Assembly (NCBI GenBank): GCA_963793305.1 | Contig: CAWBZV010000002.1 | Coordinates: 1-64,000, forward strand | Source: an uncultured Gemmatimonadales bacterium | GTDB taxonomy: Bacteria > Gemmatimonadota > Gemmatimonadetes > Gemmatimonadales > Gemmatimonadaceae | Reading direction: 5' to 3' | Length of the DNA: 64,000 nt | Shown: one piece after another, positions 39,284 to 48,211 of the stretch | How the letters are laid out: every line of letters begins with the position of its first letter | How positions within the stretch are numbered: position 1 is the stretch's first letter | Program-made: the position numbers and the translations under genes | Notes under the pieces: model-generated | The model's database searches: none | Told to the model about the DNA's origin: nothing | The model's input: only the letters and a program-made list of their open reading frames with translations

Positions 39284-41522
39284 TCGTCCCGCCCGCGGCG
39301 GCCGCAATGTACTGGCGGCCGTTCACGGCGTAGGTCATTGGGGAGGCATGCCAGACGGCGTTCGTGTGAAAATGCCAGAGCGGGGCGCCCGTGGATGCGG
39401 ACACCGCGGCCAGCGCGCCGGCATCGTCGCCGTAGAACACGACCCCGCCCGCGGTGCTCAGCACACCGCCCCAGCTGTCACCGGTCCCGATTTGCGGGAT
39501 TTCCCACGCCATCTCGCCCGTCTCCGGGTTGATCGCGCGCAGCACCTTCTGGCGATGCTCGCCCGGCACACGATTCGCGCCGCCGCCATAGAATGACTGC
39601 CCCGGCGTCCACCATGCCGATGACTTGGAAAAAATGCTGCACGCCTCGAGTGCCATCACATAGTAGAGATGCGTCGACGGGTTGAACGACGTCGACATCC
39701 AGTTCGTCGCACCCTCGAGCGACGGACACGCTTTGGTGCCGAGTGGCGACGGGTCCGAGCCGGCCAGCAGTATCGGGCGGCCGTCGGCGCCGATGCCGCT
39801 CGCCCAGGTGAGCTTATGCACGAATGGGTGGCTCAACAGCAGGTGGCCCGTGGTACGGTCGAGCACATAGAAAAAGCCATTGCGATTCGCTTGCAGCAGC
39901 AACTTGCGCGAGCCGTCGTCGACCAGCATCGGCGTTTGCACCGCATCCCAGTCGTGCAGGTTGTGTGGCGTGTACTGGTAATACCACACGAGTCGCCCGG
40001 TCTTGACGTCGAGCGCGAGCACGGAGCTCGAGTACAGGTTGTCGCCCTGGCGCTCGTCGCCGTTGTAATCGGGACACGGATTCCCCGTCGGCCAGTAGAC
40101 GATGCCGGCCGTCGCATCGTACGTCCCCGTCAGCCATGCCGCCCCGCACCCGTGCGCGAGGGCCCGCCCGCGCCACGTCGCGGCCGCGGGGTCGCCAGGC
40201 GACGGCACCGTCGAGAATCGCCAAACCTGGCGCCCGGTGCGCGTATCGTATGCCGCGATGAACCCCCGGTCGCCTTCGTCGCCGCCCGATGTGCCCGACA
40301 GCACGAGGTCGTTCACGACGAGTGGCGCCCCCGTCGCGCCGTAGTGCTTATGGTAGTCGGCCATCTCGACATCCCAGAGGAGCGCGCCGTTGCCGCGCGC
40401 GAGCGCGATGAGATGCGCATGGTCGGTCGTCATGAACACGCGATCGCCGAGTACCGCGACGCCGCGGTTGATCGCACCGGCCGCGTCGCCGATGACGCCG
40501 CTGGTCAACGCCCGAGCATAGTGCCAGACCGGACGTCCCGTGCGGGCATCGAGCGCATACGCTTCGTTCGCCGTCGTCACGAACATCGTGCCATCGACGA
40601 CGATCGGCGTGCCCTCCAGATGCCGGGCACTGGGGATCGGAAAGAGCCAGGCGGGCGCCAAGCCATGCACGGTCGCCGTATCGATCTCGTGGAGCGGGCT
40701 GTAACGGTTGCCGCTCATGTGGCCGTTGTAGGTCGGCCAGTCTTCCGTTGCCGTGTCCGGAGCGACCGGCGACTCGTCGGCTGATCTGATCGTCTCCGGA
40801 CCACGCGTTCTCGTGAGGCGACTCAGAAACGCCAGCAGGTCGCGCACCGTGTCTCGGCCCGCCGTGACCGGCGGCATGAGCGACGTTGACTCTGGTCGCT
40901 CGGCCGCGATCTCATCGCGCGAGAAGTAATGGAGCTGGCCGTTCAAGTCTTCGAGCTGCAGATCGTAGTTGCTCTCGTTCCGCGCCAATCCACGCAGCGA
41001 CCCTCCGTCCCGTAGCGTGACGGAGACGACCCGGTAGCCCTCGCGCGGCGGCGAGCCCGGATGCAGCAGCGACTGCTCCAGGCGCGAGACACGGCGGCGG
41101 TCGCCGATACCCGTGAGATCCGGGCCGAGCACACCGCCCTGGCCACGAATCATGTGACAGGTCGCGCAACCGCCAGCGCCGAAATAGTACGCCGAGCCGG
41201 TGGCGACATTGCCTGTCGGTGGCTTGGCGGAAGCTGGTGAACGCAACCCTGTGATATACGCGACGACCGCATCGAGGTCGCGCGCGGGGAGCGTCGCAAA
41301 CGAGGGCATGCCTGCCTCAGGTACACCATGCCGGATAAATGTCGGCAGCGGTTGCGTGAACAACGTGTCGTCGACGCCGTCGGTGATGTTCGGTCCGAGC
41401 TCGCCGCCCGCGCCGTTCGCGCCGTGGCAGCCGGCGCAGTGGGCGGCAAAGACCAATTCACCATGCTTGACGTCCTGCGCGAGCGCCGTCGTGGCGACGA
41501 GCGCGAGCAACAATATCCTCAT
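39258..41522 (-). CDS. Secreted PQQ-type beta-propeller dehydrogenase with two N-terminal c-type heme domains
   Basis: Signal peptide; CAGCH and CATCH; WPTYNG..GNRYSPL, GDNLYS, HDWDA, SPMTY..NGRQY. Confidence 0.9.
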   Translation of the reverse strand: MRILLLALVATTALAQDVKHGELVFAAHCAGCHGANGAGGELGPNITDGVDDTLFTQPLPTFIRHGVPEAGMPSFATLPARDLDAVVAYITGLRSPASAKPPTGNVATGSAYYFGAGGCATCHMIRGQGGVLGPDLTGIGDRRRVSRLEQSLLHPGSPPREGYRVVSVTLRDGGSLRGLARNESNYDLQLEDLNGQLHYFSRDEIAAERPESTSLMPPVTAGRDTVRDLLAFLSRLTRTRGPETIRSADESPVAPDTATEDWPTYNGHMSGNRYSPLHEIDTATVHGLAPAWLFPIPSARHLEGTPIVVDGTMFVTTANEAYALDARTGRPVWHYARALTSGVIGDAAGAINRGVAVLGDRVFMTTDHAHLIALARGNGALLWDVEMADYHKHYGATGAPLVVNDLVLSGTSGGDEGDRGFIAAYDTRTGRQVWRFSTVPSPGDPAAATWRGRALAHGCGAAWLTGTYDATAGIVYWPTGNPCPDYNGDERQGDNLYSSSVLALDVKTGRLVWYYQYTPHNLHDWDAVQTPMLVDDGSRKLLLQANRNGFFYVLDRTTGHLLLSHPFVHKLTWASGIGADGRPILLAGSDPSPLGTKACPSLEGATNWMSTSFNPSTHLYYVMALEACSIFSKSSAWWTPGQSFYGGGANRVPGEHRQKVLRAINPETGEMAWEIPQIGTGDSWGGVLSTAGGVVFYGDDAGALAAVSASTGAPLWHFHTNAVWHASPMTYAVNGRQYIAAAAGGTIIAFALPQ

Positions 41523-44338
41523 GGCGTGAACACGAGCGTACCAAAATGCTCGGGCACGTGATTCGGGTCGCGATAGACCGTGCACGTCGGATTCCAGCAG
41601 AGGAAATGGCGCTGCGGGTCCGCGCCCTGGCCATCGATCCGATAGAGATTCATCCGCCACCGCGTGCCGGCGGCCACCGGCTGATCGCTGATCGCGCGAA
41701 GCGGGATGCGGGCCGCGGCATACCACACTCTCGCTCGACGGTCGATCCTCGCTTTCGTCTGCCAGCCCGACCGCCAGCGGTAGTCCTCCGCCGGGTGATC
41801 GAGATCGATCGCCAGGTCGATCCAGTCGCCCGTCGGCGCGATCTCGAATTCACGATAGTGGCGGATGTTCTTCCAGTCGTCGCCGAGGAAGATCTCGACC
41901 ACATCGCGATCCCACAAATGGGGGCGAGGGCGGTCGTTCGTTGTCGGCAACCAGAGGTTGAGGGACTCGTACGGGGCCTTGAAGAGCAAATACAACGAGC
42001 TATCGGTCCAGAATCCGCGAATCTCTGTGGCAATCTGCGGGTATCGGATGACTCGTGCGCAGTCGCGGTCCATGCGCGTCGTCGCGACGGTGGACCAATC
42101 TTTGGGATCGTCGGACAATGCCGGCGCCGAGGCCACGTGGGGGATAGAAAGCGTTTCGGTCGAGTCGGTCGCGGCGCACGCCCCGGAGGCGATAGTCCGG
42201 TACGGCACGAAACCATGCGTCCCCGTGCGCAACCGATAGACCGATGTCGTGGCGGTGATGTAGAGCGTCCCGTAATCCGGGTCACCCCACGTGAGATTCG
42301 CGGGCTGCTCCGGCATGACGATCGTGCCCAAGTGATGGCCTTGGCTGTCCCAGACCCAGATGCCATGGGGCCCGGTGACGAACATGTTGCCGTTCGCATC
42401 GAGGCGCATGCCGTCCGGTACGCCGTCACTCGGCTCTCCGGGCTCCTTGCCGAACACCCGCCCATTGGCCAGCGTCGCATTCGGCATGAAGTCGTACTCA
42501 CGAATGTTCCGTTGGCCGGTATCGCTGTCGTCCACGTAGAACGTTCTGCCGTCCGGTGAGAACGCGAGTCCGTTCGGCTGCGTCAGGTCCTTGGTCAGCA
42601 GCGTCACGTTGCCGAGCGTGTCGAGCCGATAGACACCTTGGAAAGGAATCTCCTGAGCCTGACCCTTCGGTAGGTCGAGCGTGGGATCGGTGAAGTAGAG
42701 CGCACCGTCCGGCCCGACCACCATGTCGTTCGGGCTGTTGAAGCGCTTCCCATCGTAGTGGTCGGCAAGAATGGTGTACCGACCGTCCGGCGTGACGGCG
42801 ATGATCGCGCGCAGGACGCTCGCGCCGTCGATGAGCCGATGCGCGCCATCGTACGTGTTGCCATCGGGATCGCCCAAGTGGATGATCCCTTTTTTCTTGC
42901 CGTCCATCGTCACGCGATAGATCGAGTCCTGGATCTCGTCGCTCACGTAGAGGACGTTCGACGTGTCCCAGACCGGACCCTCGGTGAACCCGAATCCCGT
43001 GGCCACGGTCGAGAGCTTGGCGTCGTGCGGAACGAGTTGCCAGAAGCGGGGATCGTTGGCCTCGAGCGCGAAATGCGGCTTTGCCCCGCACCCGGTCGCG
43101 GCCGCCGCGAGGCCGATCGCCGACGCGATGCGAATCGTGCGGTCCGGCCGAATGAACAGCCAGGCCAGCGCGCCGATGACGCAGAGGGCGCCGGCGACGC
43201 CGAACGACGCTGACCAGCCGAAGCGATCGGCGATCCACGGGGTGAGCGATGCGGTTACGACGCCGCCCAGCTGTGCACCCATGTTCATGACGCCGGAGAC
43301 CGCCCCGGCCGACGGTCCCGCGATGTCGGCGCTCACCGACCAGAACGCACTCTGAGCGAGATAGAGGGCGCCAACGCCGCTGGCGAGGACGAGACTGGCG
43401 AGGCCGGCGTTCGTGAGGTGCGTCCCGGCGCCGATGCACACCGCCGCGATCGCAATGCCCCCGGCGGCGACGCCGCACCGCCCGATCTTTCGGCCATAGG
43501 ACCGCACCAGCGCATCGCTCACGAAACCCCCCGCGAACGATCCCGCCGCCATGGCCAGACCCGGGAGCGCCGCGAACACGGCGCTCGATTTGAAGTCGAT
43601 CCCGCGGACCGTATAGAGGTAGTGAAAGAACCAGGTGAAGAAGATGTACGCCGCGTAGCCATAGCAGAAATAGCTCAGGGTGAGAAGGGCGACATTGCGA
43701 TCCGTGGCGATCGACAACCAGGGGATGTGCGGCTCGGCCCGCGTCGGTGCGGGAACGTCCGATGGCGTGTCGCGCGCCAGCAGGAACCAGATGGCGCCCG
43801 CCACGAGACCCAACACTGCACACACGTAGAACGGGGCGCGCCATCCGTGTCGCACGACAATGGCCCTGACGAGGAGCGGCGCCGCCGCCGTCCCGAGGCC
43901 GACGCCCATGAAGATGATGCCGTTCGCCAGCCCGCGTTCTGCCGGCGGGATCCAGGCGGCGACAATGCGGTTCGCCGCGGGGTACATGACCGCTTCGCCA
44001 GTACCGAGCAGGAACCGGATCGAGAGCAGCGCGGGGAACGCGAAGGCCCCAACGGGAACGGATGCCGTCAGGGCAGTGAACACCGCCCACCACATGACGG
44101 CCAGCGTCAGCGTGCGCCGGGCGCCCCAGCGGTCCGCGAGACGACCGACCGGCGCTTGCAGCAGCATGTAGCCCAGGACGAACGCGCCGTACACCAATCC
44201 CAGCGCCTGGTTGTCGAGACCGTACACGCGCTCCAGCCACGTGCCGGCAATCGAGATGTTCACCCGATCGAGGTACGCGACGGTGCTCAGCACGAATAGC
44301 CATCCCACCATGACCCATCGCGCGGAAGTCGGTCGCAT
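41519..44338 (-). CDS. Fusion of an ACS-type MFS transporter, an SMP-30/gluconolactonase and a CBM9-like domain
   Basis: YLDRVNISIA, GRLADRWG (MFS); FTEGPVW, NSPND, QPNGLAFSPD, PDGM (lactonase); LWDRDVVEIF, WRMNLYR (CBM9-like); one uninterrupted 939-aa frame. Confidence 0.85.
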   Translation of the reverse strand: MRPTSARWVMVGWLFVLSTVAYLDRVNISIAGTWLERVYGLDNQALGLVYGAFVLGYMLLQAPVGRLADRWGARRTLTLAVMWWAVFTALTASVPVGAFAFPALLSIRFLLGTGEAVMYPAANRIVAAWIPPAERGLANGIIFMGVGLGTAAAPLLVRAIVVRHGWRAPFYVCAVLGLVAGAIWFLLARDTPSDVPAPTRAEPHIPWLSIATDRNVALLTLSYFCYGYAAYIFFTWFFHYLYTVRGIDFKSSAVFAALPGLAMAAGSFAGGFVSDALVRSYGRKIGRCGVAAGGIAIAAVCIGAGTHLTNAGLASLVLASGVGALYLAQSAFWSVSADIAGPSAGAVSGVMNMGAQLGGVVTASLTPWIADRFGWSASFGVAGALCVIGALAWLFIRPDRTIRIASAIGLAAAATGCGAKPHFALEANDPRFWQLVPHDAKLSTVATGFGFTEGPVWDTSNVLYVSDEIQDSIYRVTMDGKKKGIIHLGDPDGNTYDGAHRLIDGASVLRAIIAVTPDGRYTILADHYDGKRFNSPNDMVVGPDGALYFTDPTLDLPKGQAQEIPFQGVYRLDTLGNVTLLTKDLTQPNGLAFSPDGRTFYVDDSDTGQRNIREYDFMPNATLANGRVFGKEPGEPSDGVPDGMRLDANGNMFVTGPHGIWVWDSQGHHLGTIVMPEQPANLTWGDPDYGTLYITATTSVYRLRTGTHGFVPYRTIASGACAATDSTETLSIPHVASAPALSDDPKDWSTVATTRMDRDCARVIRYPQIATEIRGFWTDSSLYLLFKAPYESLNLWLPTTNDRPRPHLWDRDVVEIFLGDDWKNIRHYREFEIAPTGDWIDLAIDLDHPAEDYRWRSGWQTKARIDRRARVWYAAARIPLRAISDQPVAAGTRWRMNLYRIDGQGADPQRHFLCWNPTCTVYRDPNHVPEHFGTLVFTP

Positions 44339-44389
44339 GATGTGTTACTATGAACCGTTCACGGGGCTCACCGCTAGACGGAGGGACAA

Positions 44390-45631
44390 ATGACCACCCG
44401 ACGCGGCTTCATCGAGAACGGCGTCGCGCTCGCCGCCGCGCTCGGCCTCAAGCTTCCCGGCGAGAAATCGCCGGCCGCGATCGACTACTACGACAAACTC
44501 GGTGTCCCGAAGATCATTAACGCGGCGGGCACTTACACGTACCTGACCGCATCGCTCATGCCGCCCGAGGTGCAGGCGGCGATCACGGTCGCGTCGAGCC
44601 ACAACGTACGTTTGCGCGAGCTCCAGAGCGCGGCCGGTGCGTACCTCGCGCAGCGACTCAAGTGCGAGGCGGCGCTCGTGTCATCGGGCGCGGCCGCCGC
44701 GCTGTCACTGGGCGTCGCCGGGTGCATGACGCGCAATGCGCCGGATGGTGCGCGAGATGTCCCCGCGAGAGTGGCGAGCCTGCCCCACGAGATCATTATC
44801 CAATCGGCGCACCGGTTCGTCCACGAGCACGCGCTCGAGATGGACGGGGCGACTCTGGTCGAGGTGACGACGCTCGACGACTACGAGCGAGCGTTCTCCG
44901 ATCGGACCGCACTCGCGTTCTACTTCAACGCGGCCGAGGGCGGGCAGATCTCGCGCGAGGATTGGGTGCGCGTGGCGCGAGCACACGGCGTGCCGACGTT
45001 CAACGATGCGGCCGCCGACGTGCCGCCGATCGCGAACCTGTGGAACCTGACGGGCATGGGGTTCGACCTCGTCGCGTTCTCGGGAGGCAAAGGCATGCGC
45101 GGGCCGCAAAACGCGGGACTGCTCCTCGGACGCAAGGATCTCATCGCTGCCGCCACCCTGAACAACAATCCCAACGATCGATCCGTCGGGCGCGGGATGA
45201 AGGTTGCGAAAGAGCAGATCATTGGCATGGTCGCGGCGGTCGACTGGCTCCTCGCGCAAACCGACGAAGGGATCGAGGGCGAGGCACGCAGCCGGTGCGA
45301 GCGGATTGCGGCCGCGCTCAAGGGCGTGCCCACGCTCACTACTGAGATCATCGTCCCGCCGGTGGCGAATCACGTCCCGCATCTTATGATCCGGTACGAT
45401 CAGACACGGGTGGGGATCACGCCGCTGGCGGTCGCCGACGCGCTCGCCAAGGGCACGCCAGCGATCGAGCTCAATCCTGGGACCGGCCACGCGTCCGGGG
45501 CCGCCGGTCTCCACTCCGACGAGCACACGATCGTCGTCGGCCCATGGATGATGCGGGCTGGCGACGACGTGATCGTCGGCCGCAAACTCCGGGAAGTCCT
45601 CGACAACGCACTCCATACGGAGCACACGTGA
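44390..45631 (+). CDS. SelA-like/DgaE family PLP-dependent enzyme with a twin-arginine signal
   Basis: MTTRRGF; IINAAGTYT, DAAA, FSGGKG.RGPQ, GRGMKV.KE. Confidence 0.85.
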   Translation: MTTRRGFIENGVALAAALGLKLPGEKSPAAIDYYDKLGVPKIINAAGTYTYLTASLMPPEVQAAITVASSHNVRLRELQSAAGAYLAQRLKCEAALVSSGAAAALSLGVAGCMTRNAPDGARDVPARVASLPHEIIIQSAHRFVHEHALEMDGATLVEVTTLDDYERAFSDRTALAFYFNAAEGGQISREDWVRVARAHGVPTFNDAAADVPPIANLWNLTGMGFDLVAFSGGKGMRGPQNAGLLLGRKDLIAAATLNNNPNDRSVGRGMKVAKEQIIGMVAAVDWLLAQTDEGIEGEARSRCERIAAALKGVPTLTTEIIVPPVANHVPHLMIRYDQTRVGITPLAVADALAKGTPAIELNPGTGHASGAAGLHSDEHTIVVGPWMMRAGDDVIVGRKLREVLDNALHTEHT

Positions 45632-45633
45632 TT

Positions 45634-46428
45634 ATGGAACGCAGAGAATTCGTCGCCCAAACCGCACTCGGCTCGTTAGGCATCGCCGCCACGAAACTCG
45701 AACCGGCGGCGACGATGCTCGGTAGCCACGGCTCCGCGGCGACGCGGAAAATTCTGATCGCCGGCGGCATATACAACGACGTGTGGATCAAGTACATGGC
45801 GACGCTCACCGGCAAGCCGCGTCCCCGGATCTGCTACCTGCCGACTGCTTCGGCGGACCACCCGGAGGGGATCATCCGCTTCTATGCGGATTGCTCGCAG
45901 CTCAACGTCGTGCCCTTCGTGCAGACGAGCTTCATTAGCAGCTACGACCAGAAGCAGACGTTCGCCGAAGTCTTGCTATCGATGGACGCCATTGTCTGCT
46001 CTGGCGGCAACACGCTCAACCAGCAGGTGATCTGGAAGGCGCAAGGCATCGACCAGGTGCTGCGTGATGCCTGGGACCGCGGCATTGTGCTCGGCGGCGC
46101 GAGCGCGGGGTCCCTCTGCTGGTTCGAGGAAGGCACGACGGACTCGCGCCCCAAGGAGTTGTCGATCGTGCTCGCCCTCGGCTTGCTCAAGGGGAGTCAC
46201 TGTCCGCACTACGACGCCGAAGGCCCGCGCCGGCCGCTGTACATGAAGCTCATCGGCTCCGGCCAGATGAAGCCCGGGTACGCGTGCTACAACCAGGCCG
46301 GGATCTACTTCGAGGACAACGAGGTCAAACGCGTCGTCGCTTCCCACGCTGACGCGAAGGTGTTCTACGTCAGCGTGGTCAACGGACAAGTCGCGGAGAA
46401 GGAGCTACCGGCCGAGTTAATCAGTTGA
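45634..46428 (+). CDS. Peptidase E (S51) family protein with a twin-arginine signal
   Basis: MERREF; YLPTAS, GGNT, GASAG nucleophile, CPHYD. Confidence 0.88.
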   Translation: MERREFVAQTALGSLGIAATKLEPAATMLGSHGSAATRKILIAGGIYNDVWIKYMATLTGKPRPRICYLPTASADHPEGIIRFYADCSQLNVVPFVQTSFISSYDQKQTFAEVLLSMDAIVCSGGNTLNQQVIWKAQGIDQVLRDAWDRGIVLGGASAGSLCWFEEGTTDSRPKELSIVLALGLLKGSHCPHYDAEGPRRPLYMKLIGSGQMKPGYACYNQAGIYFEDNEVKRVVASHADAKVFYVSVVNGQVAEKELPAELIS

Positions 46429-47422
46429 TTGGAACGTTGTTGAACTGAGCGACCGGCACGCCGTTCTCGTGGATCTGCAACCGCACCAGCTGCGTGGCAT
46501 GGTTGTCCTGGTCCATGAACTGCCACTGGCCGGCCATCGCGATGTTCGGCACGAGTTGGCACGCACCCCAGCCGACGCAGTTGGCGAGGCTCCGCATATC
46601 GGCATTGACCCGGTTGCCGGACTGGTCGATGTAGTAGGCGCCGCCCGCGCCGTTCAACATGATGTCACCGCCGCGCTGGTTGGTCACCGTGATGTTGCAG
46701 ATGATGTGCGGTGCCTGGCGCTGGCAGCCGGTCAGCTGATACTGGATTTGATAGTACACGACCGTGTTTGATGTCGTTGCCGCCGGTGCGCCAGCCGCCG
46801 CCGGCTGCGCCACTGGCTGCCCAGGTTGCGCGACGCCAGGCGCGGTGCCGGCTGCCGGCTGTCCTTGCGCGTTCTGCGTCGGCACCGCGGAGGTCAGCGT
46901 GAAGATGACCGCCGAGTTCGAAGGGACGTAGATGCGCGTGCCCGACACCGCCGTCGCCGGGCGCGGCGGAGCCTTGGGCTGATTCTTTTGCTTGTTGAAC
47001 AGGTTGCCCACGGCGTTCCCCAGCGCGTCACCCGCGCCGTTCGCCGCGGTGCCGACTTTGTTCAACACGGGCATGCCGCCCGAGACGGGGGTCGCCTGGC
47101 CGTTGACGGTGAGTGACACGAGCGCCAACGAGTACGTGGCGGGATAGCCCGTGTTGGCGACGACTTTCACCACTGCCGGCGAACCGCCGGGGATATTCGT
47201 GCTCGAGCCGACCAACGCTTGCGAGACCTGCGCGTTGTACGTTGCGCCGAGGTTCAGCGTGGTCACCGAGTCGAGCATCTGAATGGTGACCTTGGTGCCG
47301 TTGGTGAGACCGGTGGCGCCGAGCAGCGAGCCGCCGATCGAGCCGTTGGATTGCTGGGCGGTCTGGGCGACGGCGGTGGCGGAGAGCAAGAGGGAAGCAA
47401 CAGCGAACGACGTGCGACGCAT
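46421..47422 (-). CDS. Secreted two-domain hypothetical protein
   Basis: Signal peptide; two beta-rich domains joined by a Q/P/A linker; four Cys in the C-terminal domain. Confidence 0.65.
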   Translation of the reverse strand: MRRTSFAVASLLLSATAVAQTAQQSNGSIGGSLLGATGLTNGTKVTIQMLDSVTTLNLGATYNAQVSQALVGSSTNIPGGSPAVVKVVANTGYPATYSLALVSLTVNGQATPVSGGMPVLNKVGTAANGAGDALGNAVGNLFNKQKNQPKAPPRPATAVSGTRIYVPSNSAVIFTLTSAVPTQNAQGQPAAGTAPGVAQPGQPVAQPAAAGAPAATTSNTVVYYQIQYQLTGCQRQAPHIICNITVTNQRGGDIMLNGAGGAYYIDQSGNRVNADMRSLANCVGWGACQLVPNIAMAGQWQFMDQDNHATQLVRLQIHENGVPVAQFNNVPIN

Positions 47423-47565
47423 GGCAAAGTACTCCCTGAGTACAGGACGAGAGCGGAGACGCTCACACGAATCTTTGTTTGGGGAGAATACTGGTCAACG
47501 GTGCTCACCAGCTCGCGATTCGGAGCGCGCGCGACCTGTCGCAGCTCTGTAACAGGCGTCAGTCG

Positions 47566-47766
47566 TTATGACTTGTTCTTCGCCTTGGGTCGGAGGCTCA
47601 GCGCGTATCGGTAGCTGCGTTCGAAGTACGGCGTGAGCGATTTCGTTTTCGCGAGAAGCGTGTCCGGAACGGCAACATATTCCGGATTGGGCGGCCACTT
47701 GGGATCCAGGCCGGCTGCGGCCACCAGGCGCTCGTAGAGCCGCAGCTTGTCCGGCGGGACCGTCAC
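47566..47766 (-). pseudogene. Short, internally deleted TfoX-like hypothetical protein
   Basis: PPDKLRLYERLVA joined almost directly to EYVAVPDTLLAKT..YF..SY.Y..SL.PK. Confidence 0.4.
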
Positions 47767-47769
47767 GCG

Positions 47770-47884
47770 ACCGGGGCCACGGGCTCGAGAACAGTACCGA
47801 GAGGAGCTCGACGTTGGTGAACGCCGCAAATACGCGCTCTGGTGGCGCTGGATAGTCGCGATGGAGTGAAACGCACTCAGACAT
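47770..47884 (-). pseudogene. Truncated SRPBCC/AHSA1 gene (N-terminus only)
   Basis: GGAGG RBS; HRDYPAPPERVFAAFT, then similarity is lost; directly follows ArsR. Confidence 0.6.
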
Positions 47885-48200
47885 CGTTGCCTCCCCCTCC
47901 TCCTAGCAGAGTACCCAAGCGATCCAGATTGCCTTCCCAACCCCGTCGAACGATCGACACCCATTCGGCCATCTCATCGAGCGAGCTGCGCACGAGCGCC
48001 ACCTCGTGTACCCGGCCCTTGAGCGTCCGCCGGACCAAACCGGCATCCTCGAGGATCCCGACATGCCGATTGAGCGCCTGGCGGGTGAAGCCGAAATGCC
48101 GGCCGATCTCCGGCGTCGTCATCGATCCCCGGGCCAAGCGCGCGACCATCTCGCGACGCGGCTCGTTGGCCAACGCGTCGAACACGGCTCCCAATTGCAT
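47877..48200 (-). CDS. ArsR/SmtB family transcriptional regulator
   Basis: FDALANEPRREM, HVGILEDAGLV. Confidence 0.9.
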   Translation of the reverse strand: MQLGAVFDALANEPRREMVARLARGSMTTPEIGRHFGFTRQALNRHVGILEDAGLVRRTLKGRVHEVALVRSSLDEMAEWVSIVRRGWEGNLDRLGTLLGGGGGNDV

Positions 48201-48211
48201 GTGGGGCGAAT

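Noticed and set aside
44390..45631. Selenocysteine synthase selA
   Set aside because: It has a Tat-like signal, no selB/selC/selD nearby and a sugar-acid context, which fits the SelA-like/DgaE group better.
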